Source: Salpingoeca rosetta
Taxonomy: Eukaryota; Protista; Choanoflagellata
NCBI GenBank assembly: GCA_033442325.1
Contig: JAWQFM010000006.1
Location: forward strand, 1,909,997 to 1,959,844
Length of the DNA: 49,848 nucleotides
Direction of reading: 5' to 3'
The notes beneath the pieces were generated by a model. It was given only the letters and a program-made list of their open reading frames with translations. It searched no databases and was not told the DNA's origin. Positions 1-32,624 of the stretch are shown piece after piece; within the stretch, counting starts at the first letter, position 1, and every line of letters starts with the position of its first letter. The position numbers were made by a program, and so were the translations under genes.

Positions 1-77
<77 letters not shown>

Positions 78-145
78 CACACACACACACTTGTTGTCGC
101 TACCTCACCCTCTCCACGTCATCCTTTTCTTCCCGCCATTGCCAG

Positions 146-377
146 CATCATGGCATCCATCATTGATGATGATTCGACCGTGAGCTACTACCGCATCCAC
201 CGCGGGATTGTGCCGCCACCAGCCGCCATGATCATGAACACGGAGGACGCAGACAGCGACGACGACGGTGATGATGAGTTCAATGGCGCCGCACAGCAAG
301 CCGACAACAAGAAGCGCACCAGGAGAAAGAAGAAGAAGAAGAAGAATGATGAGGAGGAGGAGGAGGACAAGAACTGA
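146..377 (+). CDS. TSEN15: Last exon of a probable tRNA-splicing endonuclease subunit Sen15-like gene (5' exons upstream of the window)
   Basis: Acceptor ...gccag|146. The peptide IMASIIDDDSTVSYYRIHRGIVPP resembles the Sen15 C-terminal motif (LAIVxxDSTxVYY..xG..P). An acidic/basic tail and TGA at 375-377 follow. Recognised from motif memory only. Confidence 0.6.
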
Positions 378-414
378 CGCGCCACGAAATGCGTGGATGC
401 GGGCGAGCAATGTA

Positions 415-451
<37 letters not shown>

Positions 452-921
452 CAGAGAGAGAGAGAGAAAGACAGAGAGAAAGTGTGTGTGTGTGTGTGTG
501 TGAGGCATCACGTGGCTTCTGACGTCCCATTCACGCACACGGAGACAGATGCATTCCCCCAACGTTCCGCACAGTAGCTGATGCGCTTGCTTGGTTTATG
601 TTTAACAATTCGCGGGCTGGCTAGTTCTGTGTTGCTTGGCTGATTGATTGGTTACTTGACCTCAGGAGGGAAGGGGGAAGGGAAGGAGAATGGCGGTAGA
701 ATGAACGGATGGATGGCAATGAGGCGCGAACAGTTGTAGTGTGCTGTCCATTGTGATGGTGTTGTCACGATGTCATGTCACGATTATGTCAGATTGCAAG
801 CAAGCAGCGCAGCCGCATATTGGTCGACTGCTTGTCGTGTCGTGCACCGTGCTGTAGAATTTTAGCGGAAAACATACACAACAAGCATTTTGAGAGCACG
901 AAGACCAGAAGGAAGGCAAAG

Positions 922-2533
<1,612 letters not shown>

Positions 2534-2587
2534 TTGTGCATGTGATGTGGTGTGTGTATGTGAAACGATTCAATGGTGGTGCGATAT

Positions 2588-7942
<5,355 letters not shown>

Positions 7943-8519
7943 GTTGGTTGGTGGGTTTGTTGTGTTGCGAGCACGTTGTTTGTGGCTTTTCGCTACTCCT
8001 CCTATATCTGCTACTTTTTGTGCTGTCGCTTGCCTCAACTCGAAAACCACACCGCCCACCACACCACAACGACAGTCGTCAGCCCACGACGACAACACCC
8101 ACCCTGACTGCCACTCCTCCCTCCACCATCCATCCACACAAGAGGCACACACACGCGTCTGTCCGTGCGACGTTGCTGTCTGCCCTCCGTCTTCCCTCTC
8201 CATCTCACCCCCAGTTGAAGCTTCATCTGAAATCACGTGGATCCTGCGGCGCCCTCCGCCTCCCCCCTCCTGCTTTTCGCTCATTGAGGTGTGGTGAAGC
8301 GCAAGTTTTGTTTTGATGTCATGTCATGTCACATCACAACAACAGCAGCAGCTGGTGTTTGTTTGTGCTTGTCAACTTGCACGTCTTGGGTGTGTGTGTG
8401 TGTGTGTGTGTGTGTGCGTCTGCTCTCCACGTGCTCCTCTGTGTTGCTCATGGCATCGCCTCCGTGTTTGCTCTCCAACTTTGTGTGGGACAGGTGGGAG
8501 CGCCGACACAGCGGGCGTC

Positions 8520-20710
<12,191 letters not shown>

Positions 20711-20992
20711 GTGTGCTTGTTGGTTTACCTGTGTGTTTTTTGTGTTGAATGTGTACAGGGTGGTTGTTGTGATGTGAATGTGTTGGGTGTTGCTGTTTGT
20801 TTGCTTGTGAAATAGCCTTTCAAGACAGGTTGCATTGTACCCTAGTAGCGTGCGCGTGCGGTGTTTGTTGGGTTGATTGATTGTTCCCATTTGCTTCCGC
20901 AACGGCGTTTGCTTTCGTGGTTGTTTTTTGGTTCTTGAACACGCACGAGTACACGAGTTACATTTGGAGCGTGTCAAGAAACAGCTGCGCAC

Positions 20993-21045
<53 letters not shown>

Positions 21046-21117
21046 GTGTGTGTGTGTGTGTGTACGTGTGTGCGTACGTGTGTGCGTACGTGTGTGTGTG
21101 TGCTGTTGCCTGTGCGC

Positions 21118-21521
21118 CTACAGGTCGTCGCCATCGTCCTCATCTTCGAGCACTGAGGAGATGGTTTGCGCCAACTCTGTGGGACAAGGATGACAATGGT
21201 GATTGATGAATGACAATGATGAGGGTGGTGAATCAGCACGCGCTTTGGTGGACAAGGAATGAGCCAACGCAAATACAAAGACAAACACGCCCACAGCCAC
21301 ACACTGCCCCAGATAAAGATGCATGCACACAAACTCCATCTCACCTGTCACGCAAGGAATGGTCGACACAAAGTCAATGTCGGCCATGACACCCTGTATC
21401 TCCTGGCGCGTGCACCCCGCGACAAACTGCACCCGACGGCAACGGCAGGCAAGTGCACAGAGGTGCGACGTGAGCACGTGGGGGAAAAGCACAAGCACAC
21501 ACACACATACACACACATACG

Positions 21522-21552
<31 letters not shown>

Positions 21553-21717
21553 CTCGTCGAAGAAGGAGCGGAAGCGTTGGCAGAGAAGCTGTGCACACGT
21601 TTCACTGTCCTCTGTGTTGATCTGTTGCGACAGCTTCGACACAACTGTTTGCAACACCCGCTCAACTTCCTCAGAGAACCCGGCGTCAGGCTGCACAAAG
21701 AAGATGCGCATGCGCGC

Positions 21718-21791
<74 letters not shown>

Positions 21792-22554
21792 GTGAGTGCG
21801 TGCGTGCGTGTGTGCAGCAGTGAGTGGGTGCGCGCAAATCCGTGCGCGCGTGTGGGGCAAGCGCCACAGCATTCAATGATATCGACAGTGGCACCTCACC
21901 AACACGTTTGCTCTTGGCGTACCTGACACGCCCTGACTGCCTCCTGAACCAGGGGAAAGGTTCGAGAGCTGTTGTCGGCGAAAACAAAGGCGTGAGTCGC
22001 TGATTTTCAGGGCGGAACGACACAGATGTAACCAAGCACACTCACAAGGTCGCATGCAAACACACAAACACACACACACAAGATAGCACACTCACATATA
22101 TGCACACACCACTACCCACACACCACACACACAAATCCACACACATGCCTGCACACATACACACACATGGTGTCTTCTCACCTGATGAATGCCCGGGGAA
22201 GTGATGTGTAGTACTTGACGAGAGACACGGGTGAGAAGATGCGCTCACGCATGAGATGGCGGGTCAGGGTGGCGATTGTGCTGAACTTGCTGCTGAGCAT
22301 GGCACCGATGACAGCAAGCGCTGCGTCCTGGCTCGCTTCAAACTTGGACACACGGCGAAGCACTGCAGCCCAGCTGTGATGCGAGGACACGTGGTTGGTG
22401 CGTGGCAGCAAGGTTGAACAGAGCATGTGAGGTGAAACGAGAGAGAGAGAGAGAGAGAGTGTGTGTGTGTGTGTGTGTTCATGTGCATGACTGTGCGTAT
22501 TCGTGCGTGAGTGTGTGCGTGTATAGTGTGTCTGCCTGCGGGTATTTCTCGAAT

Positions 22555-22612
<58 letters not shown>

Positions 22613-23468
22613 CGTGTGCATGACTGTGCGTATTCGTGCGTGAGTGTGTGCATGTATGGTGTGTCTGCCTGCGAGTATTTCTCGAATTGCGTGCGTGAGT
22701 GCGTGTTTCACTGTCTCACCGGTCACAGCGCCACAACACGTCTTCCAGCGCGTCCTCTTGTGAGAGAATTGCGATCCAAAACGCCGCAGACGGCAGCGAG
22801 TTCTGCGGGCAGGCAGTCAGTGTCTCTGGTGCACATGTGCACGTGTGCGCGTGTGCGTGCGTGGCATTGGGTGTTTTGTGTGTGGAACAAGCAGGATGGT
22901 TTCGGTGAGTGCGACGAGGATCTAATCTACGGATGAAACGCAATGTCAGATGCACACACGAGCGCATCAGCAAGCCAGCGAGCAACCAAAGGCGAGCGAG
23001 GACGTGCACACCGGAGAGGGCGTTAAATCCGAGCGAGGCGACGGTCCAGGTCTCCAGGGCCGCCATCACATCATCATCTGGTGGTCGCAGGTTGAGATGC
23101 ACGTCAGGGCAAACCGTAGCGCAGCAGCCATGCACACAGGCACGCTCACGCGCGCATACACGCGCATATACGCACGCATGAGCGCTCACATCCACACACA
23201 AACACACACGTTTACATGCACATGCACAGCCTTACCTGAGCCATCAGTGGCGTTGAGGGCGGTAATGATGGCCTGTACTTCAGGAGCTGCGCGTGCGTTT
23301 GCGCAGATGGTGGTGGCTGTTGTATCTGAGGCCGGCAGCAGGAAGTGACACGTCTCCGGCATTTTCCGCTTTAGTTTGGACGACGAAGCGAAGCTGAAGG
23401 AAGGTGTGGTGTGAGTGTTGAACGTGAGCATGGACAAGTGTGCATGTGTGCATGTGTGTGTGTGTTTA

Positions 23469-23549
<81 letters not shown>

Positions 23550-23633
23550 GTGTGTGTGTGTGCGTGTGTGTGTGTGTGTGTGTGTAAGTGTGTGTGTGTG
23601 TGTGTGTAAGTGTGTGTGAGTATGTGAGTGTGC

Positions 23634-23686
<53 letters not shown>

Positions 23687-24178
23687 TACAGGGCTGTGCG
23701 CAAGTGTGGCTGTGTGAGTGCGTGCGCGTATGTGTATAGCTGGCATGAAGGTGGCGTGGCTGTGCTGACATGCGCGCCCCTTTTCCACAGCCAGGCTTGC
23801 GTCGCATGTAATCATGGCTTACGCTGTGCACATGTGGTAGATGACATCTTCCATGGCGCCCTCTTGCCGGCCAATGGCCTGGCATGCCCGCAACACATCC
23901 TCCACGTCGCGCTTCGTCACTCGATCCTGCCAAAGGAAACGAACAACCAAGACGCAGCATGATTTGCAGTGCACCTGCAGTGGACCTGCAGTGCACCTGC
24001 AGGGGCAGTGCAATGCAATTCGCTGGAATCACAGCTCATCACAAGTACGAATGTACACGCACATACGAATATGCACAAGCACATGCACATGCATATGTAC
24101 ATGTACATGATGTGCACAACGTACCTTCGTGTCAAGTCGCTTCACGTGGGACAGCAGCCCACGCCAGCCTCCCCTCAT
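21118..24178 (-). CDS. Hypothetical protein, multi-exon
   Basis: Spliceable coding-like exons: MRGGWRGLLSHVKRLDTK | DRVTKRDVEDVLRACQ...MCTA | FASSSKLKRKMPETCHF... | ...WAAVLRRVSKFEASQ... | PDAGFSEEVERVLQ...RSFFDE | ...ELAQTISSVLEDEDDGDDL*. No family recognised; internal boundaries are approximate. Confidence 0.6.
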
Positions 24179-24385
24179 CGCTGCAGACAGCCTCTCAAAT
24201 GAAGTGCAACGCACCCCAGCCAGCCAGTGAACAAGCGAAGCAAAGACAAACAAGCTGTGTGCAGAAGCGCTCAAAGTTGGGAAGAATGGGTGTCACATTC
24301 AATAATTTTCTGCACCACAACCACGCCAACCAGAAAGACACACCAACACACACGAACGCACCCACGATCTTGTCTGTCTCCATCC

Positions 24386-24719
24386 ATGCATTCGCGGGGC
24401 AGGAGGGCTGGGGCAGGCAGTGGGAAAGCCACAGCAGCAGCGAGTGGGCGTCGGGGAGATGGCATAGGCAGAGGAAGTGGGAGAGGCAGTGATGCAGGTG
24501 ATGGAAGAGAAGGTGAGTTGGAGAAAGAAGGCCACCAGCAAGCGCAGCATGGCCAGGAGGAGCAAGAGCATGACGTGCAGATTGACGTGACGAGCACCGG
24601 ACCCCAGGACCACCAACGGCTGCACACGGTCTCCACCACGGGCACGACATCCCTGGAATCTGAAGATGCTCCCCATGCTGTTGCTCCCGCAACCCCCAAA
24701 GCCCACGAACAGCAGCAGC

Positions 24720-24814
<95 letters not shown>

Positions 24815-25689
24815 AGTGGGCATGGCTTGCAGCATGAGCACCACCAGCCGCAGCAGTCGCATCACTTGTCCCATCACGAACAGCATGCGCCGCAACAAAA
24901 CCCCAGCACCACCAGCGCCTCATCGCCGCAACACCACGCCACAAACAGCGGCCATGACACCACCCAAGTCTTGGACGCAAAGCACACCGATGCCAACCCC
25001 TCCCCCGACGACCCCATGACTCGTCACAGCCCATCAGCTGGCGGTGCTGGTCACCAGGACCACCATCATCACCATCACCACCAACACCAACACCATCACA
25101 ATCCCAATCACCAGGAGCTTGTGCATGATTCGGGTGCGCCTATGACCAAACGCAAACTCTCACGCGAGGACGGCGATGATGAGAGTGCTGACGCCAAGCG
25201 CAGCAAGCAGGGCCAAACAGAGGCGATACACCATGGCCATGAACATGATGCGACCCTCGGTCAGGCGGGATTGGATGTGGGCGTGCCCTCGCCGCTGGAC
25301 TCGCACCTTCCACCGCACGCGCACATGCCTGCCCACCACGCCCACCACCAGCTTGCATCCTCCCATCCCCAATACCGCCCGCACATGCCCTCGCAACTCC
25401 AGCCGCTGCACCACCATGGCACACCAGCCCCACACCACCATCACGGCGCGCCGCCACCGCCACCGCCACACGCCATGCCTGCAGCTGCACCGCCGCCGCC
25501 ACCACCGCCGCCGCCGGGTGTGCGTGGACCAAGCGAGGCTGTCACCAGCATGCCCGGACCCGCACAGCTGCCGTCGCACTTGCCGCACGCTGCACGTGTG
25601 CCGCCGTACACCCCCACGGGGCAGTATGTGGACTGGAACCACGCGGCATATTCGCTGCCATTCTCCGAGGCACAGCAACAGCCACAACC

Positions 25690-25720
<31 letters not shown>

Positions 25721-26909
25721 GTGCAGGTACAAGTGCCGCATTCGCACGCAGCGCAGTCCATGCATGACGCGCATGCACCGCCACTTCCCCACTCCACCAT
25801 GGCAGTGTCGATGGCCTCTGCACACGAACACGGACCCACACCACACGCGCACCCGGCGGCACAGCAGCCCGCACATGAGCAGCACGTGCACCAGCACGCG
25901 TTTGCACACCACCACCAGCAGCACCAACAACACCAACAACACCAGCAGCAGGACCAAGCGCATCAGCGGCAAGAACAAGAAAAAGGGGCGCCGCGGTCCA
26001 ACAATGGACTTGCATCATCCACATCAACACCAGCGGGACGAAAGTACGTGTGTGTGTGTGTGTGTATGTGTGTGTGCGTGCGTGCGTGCGTGTGTGCGCG
26101 TGTGTGTGTGGTTGTGTGTGGTTGTGTGTGTGTGTGTGTGTGCGTGGGCCACGCGTTTACGCGTCACTGCCTGCGCATGCTTGTACATCTGTCTGTGCTG
26201 TCGTGACCTTGTTCCTCCTCACCAGACACACACGCAGTCTCACATTTCACCTCCCCCCCCCCGCCCTCTCTCCCCTTTCATCTTACATTACAGGGCGAGC
26301 CAGTCTGGCGTGAGCTGGAGCGGGCCAATGACGCACCACCTGCTGCATCTGCTGCGCGGAAACGAGTTCCTGCTGGTGACGGGCAAGACAGACAACGAGA
26401 CAAACATCCGCAAGCGCAAGGGGTGGGCGCGCATCTGCGAGCAGCTGCTGAAGAGGTTTCCGCAGGCCAAGCCCTGGCTCACAGCCACGCAGGTCAGGGA
26501 GAAGTTCAAGAAGCTCAAGCAGACGTTCACGAAGCACCAGCAGGGATACTTGGAGAACAATCGCGCGTACGCGCAGGACCGCATGCGTGCAGGCAACGGT
26601 GGAGGAGGAGGCGGCGGCATGCGACCGTGGCCCTTCTATGACGCAATGGCAGGCCTGTTGGCTGGGCGGTCCGGAACAGGCGCCTCTGCTGTTGTTGCGT
26701 CACAGCCGGATGGACACGTGCTTGTCAACGCAGATGTACAGGTGATGCGATGGGAGGATGCGGACGCGCCTGTGCAGCCAGCAGACACACAGGCCGTGCA
26801 CGTGCGTACTCAACGAGTTTGCATCTATTTCTGTGAATGGGAGGGGATTGTTTGGGTGTGGGTGTCTATGTGTGTGTGTTTGTTTGTGCGTGCGTGCGTG
26901 CGTGTGTGT

Positions 26910-26973
<64 letters not shown>

Positions 26974-26986
26974 GTGTGTGTGTGTT

Positions 26987-27027
<41 letters not shown>

Positions 27028-28073
27028 GTGTGCGTGTGTGTGTATGTATGTGTGGGTGGGTGTCTGTTCATGCTTGGTTATTTTCTTGTTTGGTTGCTTG
27101 GTGTGTCACCACGTTCATTCCTCCAATCGCTCATTGCATACATACCCGCACATGATACTGTCTGCTCTTGTGTGTGCACACAGGCTGCGTTACGGCGAAG
27201 CAGACATGGACGCAGCATCTACGACGCGCCACCGCCTGTATCCGCGCTCGCGCCATCGCACGCAGTGGGCACACACGCAAGCAGCAGTGCAATGCCAGCC
27301 AATATGGCATCAGCAGCCGTGCCGCCGCCACTGGCCACAACAGCGGGAGTACCAGCGGCTACCACTGCAGGTGTGAGCGCAAGCAGCACGCTTCTGCCTC
27401 AAACCGCTGCCATGATACCAGGCCACCCTCCACACGGTGGCGGTGGCGGCAGCGGCGGTGGTGGTGGTGGTGGCACTGTGGATGTTGGTGCCGCTGGCGT
27501 GCTGAACGCTGCCCTGACACACGCGAGGGCGGATCACAATGTGGACGAGGATGACATGCTGCAGCGGCTCGTCAAAGCAACTGAGGCCGCCGTCGCGCAG
27601 CAGGCCGCTTTTGTGAGTGTGTATGTGCGTGTAAGCGTGAGTGTACATGTGTTGGGGGGGTTGGCATGCGTGAGTGTGCATAAGTGTGCGTATGCGAGCA
27701 TGTGTGTGTATGTGTGTGGTGATGGTGGTGAGTGCGTGGGCTTACGAATGTGCAAGTGATTGGAGCTGAGCTTGGTATTCATTCCCCATCATCTCGCTCG
27801 CACACATAACACGTTCACATACAACACTCACACAAACGCACAACCATTCAAACACATACACGCAACCCCAATTAGCATCGGGACGTGCTGCAGCAGTTGA
27901 ACCAGCAAGCGGAGGAGACGCGAAACATGCTGAGGCAGCTGCTGCAAACCATGGCACCACGCGCACCCGAGGAAGAGCACTTGCCTGCACAGCCACCAAC
28001 CTCGACCTCCACTGTCACCTCCACCGCCACTGACGCCACTGCCGACGCGGCAGGGGAAACAACCAGCACATGA
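24386..28073 (+). CDS. Myb/SANT-like (trihelix, MSANTD-type) DNA-binding protein with a long Q/H/P-rich N-terminus and a C-terminal coiled coil
   Basis: Exons ~24386-26043, 26294-26801, 27184-27612 and 27876-28073. Domain WSGPMTHHLLHLL...RKGWARICEQL...TATQVREKFKKLKQTF...PWPFYDAMAGLL. C-terminal DMLQRLVKATEAAVAQQAAFHRDVLQQLNQQAEETRNMLRQLL. The start codon is uncertain. Confidence 0.8.
24709..24813 (+). repeat. Coding (CAG)(CAA)n polyglutamine tract (~35 Q)
   Basis: Directly visible and in frame with the Myb/SANT gene. Confidence 0.9.
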
Positions 28074-28772
28074 TTTGTTTGCCCCATCCCCCGATAATCA
28101 GCCTTCTCCACCAGCATAGCCACCACTAGTCAGCTAGCTTTGATTCTTGCGCGCGTGTGCATTCATTCGACGTGCCGCCCTCCCTGCTTGTACACACTTT
28201 GCGTTGTTACCCTGTCCTGTCGTGATAGTTCGGCCAATCAAATCACGTGTCCCTTCAGACAACTCTGTTTTGTTCTCATCTGTGTTGGTCCACCTTCACA
28301 TCAGCCTGTGACCACACTATTGCTCCTAGTTGTTTTGTCTCGCTTTGTGGTTTGACGTGACATGTTGTGCACCCACTGAGCCTTTCTTTCTTTATTCGGT
28401 GAGGTGCTGCGGCACGAATTAGAAAAGCAAACAAACAAGCAGGTCAACAAAATATCAAAACAGGTTCGCAACATGCACCAAGCAGCAGCACTGCCTGCGA
28501 CTGCAGGCCAAAGGGAACAAATCAGAACACACACGCATTATGCACCGTACAACAGGTATACAGCACCTGCTTGCCCTCGGTCGTGGCCGGGTGCCACGTA
28601 TCACACTTTGTTCTTCTCTCCAACACAGCTCTTCACTCTTCGAGAGGTGTCGAACAGACTCCCACTCACATGAGCACATGCTGCTGTTACCACCGATCCC
28701 GAAGACCATGTCACCCGCCGGCACATGACTCGCCATCATCACACCCCTCGTGCTTGTGCTCTCACCTCCACA

Positions 28773-29425
28773 TCACTCGTCATCAGCCAGGGCCACAAGC
28801 TCGGCCTTTGCATCCCCAAGCGCCTTCTTGGCCTTTGATACCTCCTTCTCTTGCTCCTTTTCCTCCTGTTTGAGTGCCGCTGCGCGCTCGCTGCGTTCGC
28901 CCACGGGTGCGCGCACCTGCTCAATCTTCACCTGCAGCTCCTTGATGCTCTCCTCCACCTCCTTCTTCTCTGTCTTTCGCTTCTCAATTTCGTCGTGCAG
29001 CTGCTGCGCTTTCTGCTTCGCCGCCAGCATCTGCTGAACAACGTCCTCGGAGTCTGCCGTTGCGCTCTTGTGCGCGGCTATCGCCCCAAGCTGCTTCTCG
29101 AACTCTTGCTGCGCTCGCAAGCATGCGTTCGCATGGTGTGGAAGGGAACGTGAGCGAGCATGTATGCATGTATGTATGTATGTATGTATGTATGTATGTA
29201 TGTATGTATGTATGTATGTATGTATGTATGTATGTATGTATGTATGTATGTATGTGTGTATGTATGTGCGTATGTATGTACGTATGTATGTATGTATGTA
29301 TGTATGTATGTATGTGTGTATGTATGTATGTATGTATGTATGTATGTATGTGTGTATGTGTGTATGTGTGTATGTATGTATGTATGTACGTATGTATGTA
29401 TGTATGTGCGTGCGTATGTATGTAC

Positions 29426-29473
<48 letters not shown>

Positions 29474-30315
29474 AGCAAGGAGCACGCCCACGCGCACGAA
29501 TGGTCTGAGGTGCAGCAATGCAAGTCGCGTATCACCCACTTCGTGCTAAGCATTGCCTGCGCACCTTGAAGGAGGAGACCTTGCCCTTGTTGACCTGGAA
29601 GAACTTGATCATGAGTGGCAGTTTGGCCACAATAGTCGACTGGTGCTTCGCCACTTCCTCCGCGGACAGCTCCGTACCAACAACTGTACCAGGGTACATG
29701 TCAGTTGCGCGTGTGCATGCGCATGTCAGTTGTGTGTGTGCATGCGCATGTCAGTTGTGTGTGTGTGTGTGTGCGTGTGTAGATGAGTGATGGGATGCGT
29801 GTGTGTGTGAATGTTGTTTGCCTCCTATGAGCGCTGCAACGGTGCAGGTTTGGCAACAGTGCATCGGCAATGCAACGTGCTCACGTACGTCCCATGGACG
29901 AGAGTAGGTCGTGCAGCTTCGCCTCTGCAAACTTGCTGATTTGCTTGTCCTCCTCCTGTGCGTCGTGGTGCACATGTGAGTAATCGCAGTGCGCAACAGC
30001 GATGTACACAGTCGACACAGAACGCGTGCAAACAAGCATGAAACACGCATGCGACACACACACACACATGACACACGTCCAGACATGGCACACACATACA
30101 CATACACATACACACACGTGCGATACACACATGCAGTGCGCGTGCATCTTGGGAGGCGCACCTCAAACTTGTCGGGAAAGGAGGAGACGAGCTTCTCGAC
30201 GTTGCTGGTCCACGGCGTGAGCTTGCCGGCGAGGTAGCATGTCTGCCACCACGTGCTGTACTCGAGGTAGATGCGACACGCAAGCAGCCAGCCAAGCCAC
30301 TCTGCATGCGGGCGT

Positions 30316-30404
<89 letters not shown>

Positions 30405-31988
30405 GGGGGAGGGGAGGGCGTGATTGACCAACAAGCATGAGCATTGGTGCTCACAACACAGCGCAGCACTGCAGGCACACGACACGCGAAAGCACAGCAC
30501 CACACCACAACACTACGTGCGACAACACTGCACACGTTGGTGTGGCGAACCTTTGGAGGAATCTGGAAGACAGTTGAGTTCCCTGATGCGCTTGTATGTC
30601 TTGGAATGCCCGCCAAACGCCAGAAGCCCGAGGTTCGTGAGGGCGGGCACGTGGCATGGGTACTTGGCAATGGTCTGTGCCAGCGCAGGCAGAAGCTTGT
30701 CCATGTGCAGCTCGGAACCAAACTCCTCCAGATACTCGACGAAGGCGTCCTGCCCGGCCACGAGCACGTTACAGAGGTGCTTCTCAAGGCTTAGGGCGGC
30801 GCTCATGCACCGCTCCTCGTCAAGCAGGGCGTCGGGGATCTCCCTCAAGCTCACGTCATTGTTCAGCCCAGACACAACTACGATGTGCATGGGAGAGAGT
30901 GTGTGTGTGTGCGACAGAGGGGCAGAGGCAGTGCGTGTGTGCGCGCGTGTGTGATTTGTGCGCAAGGCAGTGCGATAGTGTGATTTGTGTGTGAGACGAT
31001 GTGTGAGTGCGAGTGTGCATGCTTGTGAATATGGAACACAAATCATTTTCGGTTTGGAGAACAAGGGGGGAGTGTGGACATCGAGGAATGCCCCAGCTGC
31101 ACACCACACTGGATACAACATGCTGCAGCTTGTCGACACAGCAATACATGTACGCATCGTGGTCAAACCTGGTGCCGCCTCTTGCTTGCGCTGCAAGCTT
31201 GGGGACTTTGGGGAGTGTGCCGAAGCATCGGCGCGCTTCATACGCTCTGCCTCGCGCTGTTGGCGCTCTCGCTCCTCCGCTTGCTGTTGCCGACGTCTGG
31301 CTTCCTCTCGTTGCTGCTCTTCCAGCTGTTGCTGCTTGTAACCTTGGATCAGAGCAACCAGGGTTGCGTGTGACGAGTGCACCCTGGCGTCGTCGCGGGA
31401 GACGGCGGCTGCCTTGTGCCGCTGTGCCTCGTTCTCTGTGATGAGCTTGAGCTGCACAGCCTCCCTGGCCATGCGCTCAATCTCCACGGCCTGCCGCATC
31501 ATGGCTGCTGTGCGCTCTGCCTGCTGCTCTGCTTGCTGCATCTGCGCCTTCAGTTGGCTCTCAAACTGCTGCTGCTTGGCCAGCTTCTCCTGCCGCTTGC
31601 GCTCAGCCTCTTCCTCTTCCCGCTGCTGCCGCAGCCGCTCCTCATACAGCCTGCGCTGCCGCTCCTCCTCCTCGCGCTGCTTGCGCCTCTGCTCCTCCTG
31701 TCGACGCCGGTCTTCTGCGCGGCGTGCCTCTTCCTCTTTGCGGCGTTCCTCCTCCAGGCGCTGTCGCTCAAACACCGCCAGCTTCTGCGCGCGCGCCTCG
31801 GCCAGCTCAGCCTCCTTCTTCAGGCGAGCCAGCTCCTTTTGCTCCTGCTTCTGCAGCCATTCTTGCTCCTCTGCTTCGCGCTTGCGCCGCTCTTCCTCAG
31901 CCCGCTGCCGCTGCAGTCGCTCAAGCTTCTCGCGGCGGTTCTGCGCAGCAAACGGGTTCTTCTGCGCAATATCGCCCGTCAATTCCAT
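28773..31988 (-). CDS. Hypothetical protein: E/R/Q-rich helical N-terminus, globular middle, coiled-coil C-terminus
   Basis: Exon 1 MELTGDIAQKNPFAAQNRREKLERLQ.... Further exons GLNNDVSLREIPD...DSSKG, IYLEYSTWWQTCYLAGKL..., EEDKQISKFAE..., VVGTELSAEEVAKH... and RAQQEFEKQLG...ALADDE*, flanked by GT/AG. Confidence 0.7.
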
Positions 31989-32624
31989 TTTCTTGGACGT
32001 GTGTGTGCTTGGGGAGGGGGAAGTGTTGTGTACCTGCTGATTTGGGGAGGGGAAGGTCAGGGGTACAGTGCCAATGCGGACAATGCGAGCAAAAAATGAG
32101 AACAGTCGAGAAGAGGACAATCGCAAGAGGGCAGATCAGCGATGCTTGAAGGAACCCCGGCATGCACTGCTCTCAAAGGAGAGTGGTGGAGTAGAGTGGT
32201 GCTCTTCTTTTCTGTCAGCCTGGTTCTTCGCTAACACACACACACACACACAGATCTGTGAATACCCAACCAACCTGTCTTGCTTGCGTCGGGGTGTATG
32301 GTGGTGGGTGTGCTCAACCGCAGGGAGCAACCTCAGAGCCTGATAGCGAAAGGGGGGTGTAGGTGGGAGGGGTCTCTGTCTTCTCTCTTTCTTCTCGCAG
32401 CACAACAACAACAAAAACAATACCGACGAAGAATTGTGAATGATTTCGTGATTGGCTATTCGATGAAGTTATTGGTGGATATTCGCCTGGCAAAAACCAA
32501 CAGCAAGCAAGAGCCAACGATACACTCCAACAGACAAGAAGCAGAGACGAGCGAGTGGCGGTGTGTGTGTGTGTGGCTGTGCACTCGCTGACAGACTGAA
32601 CACTCCAACAACAGACAGACAAGC

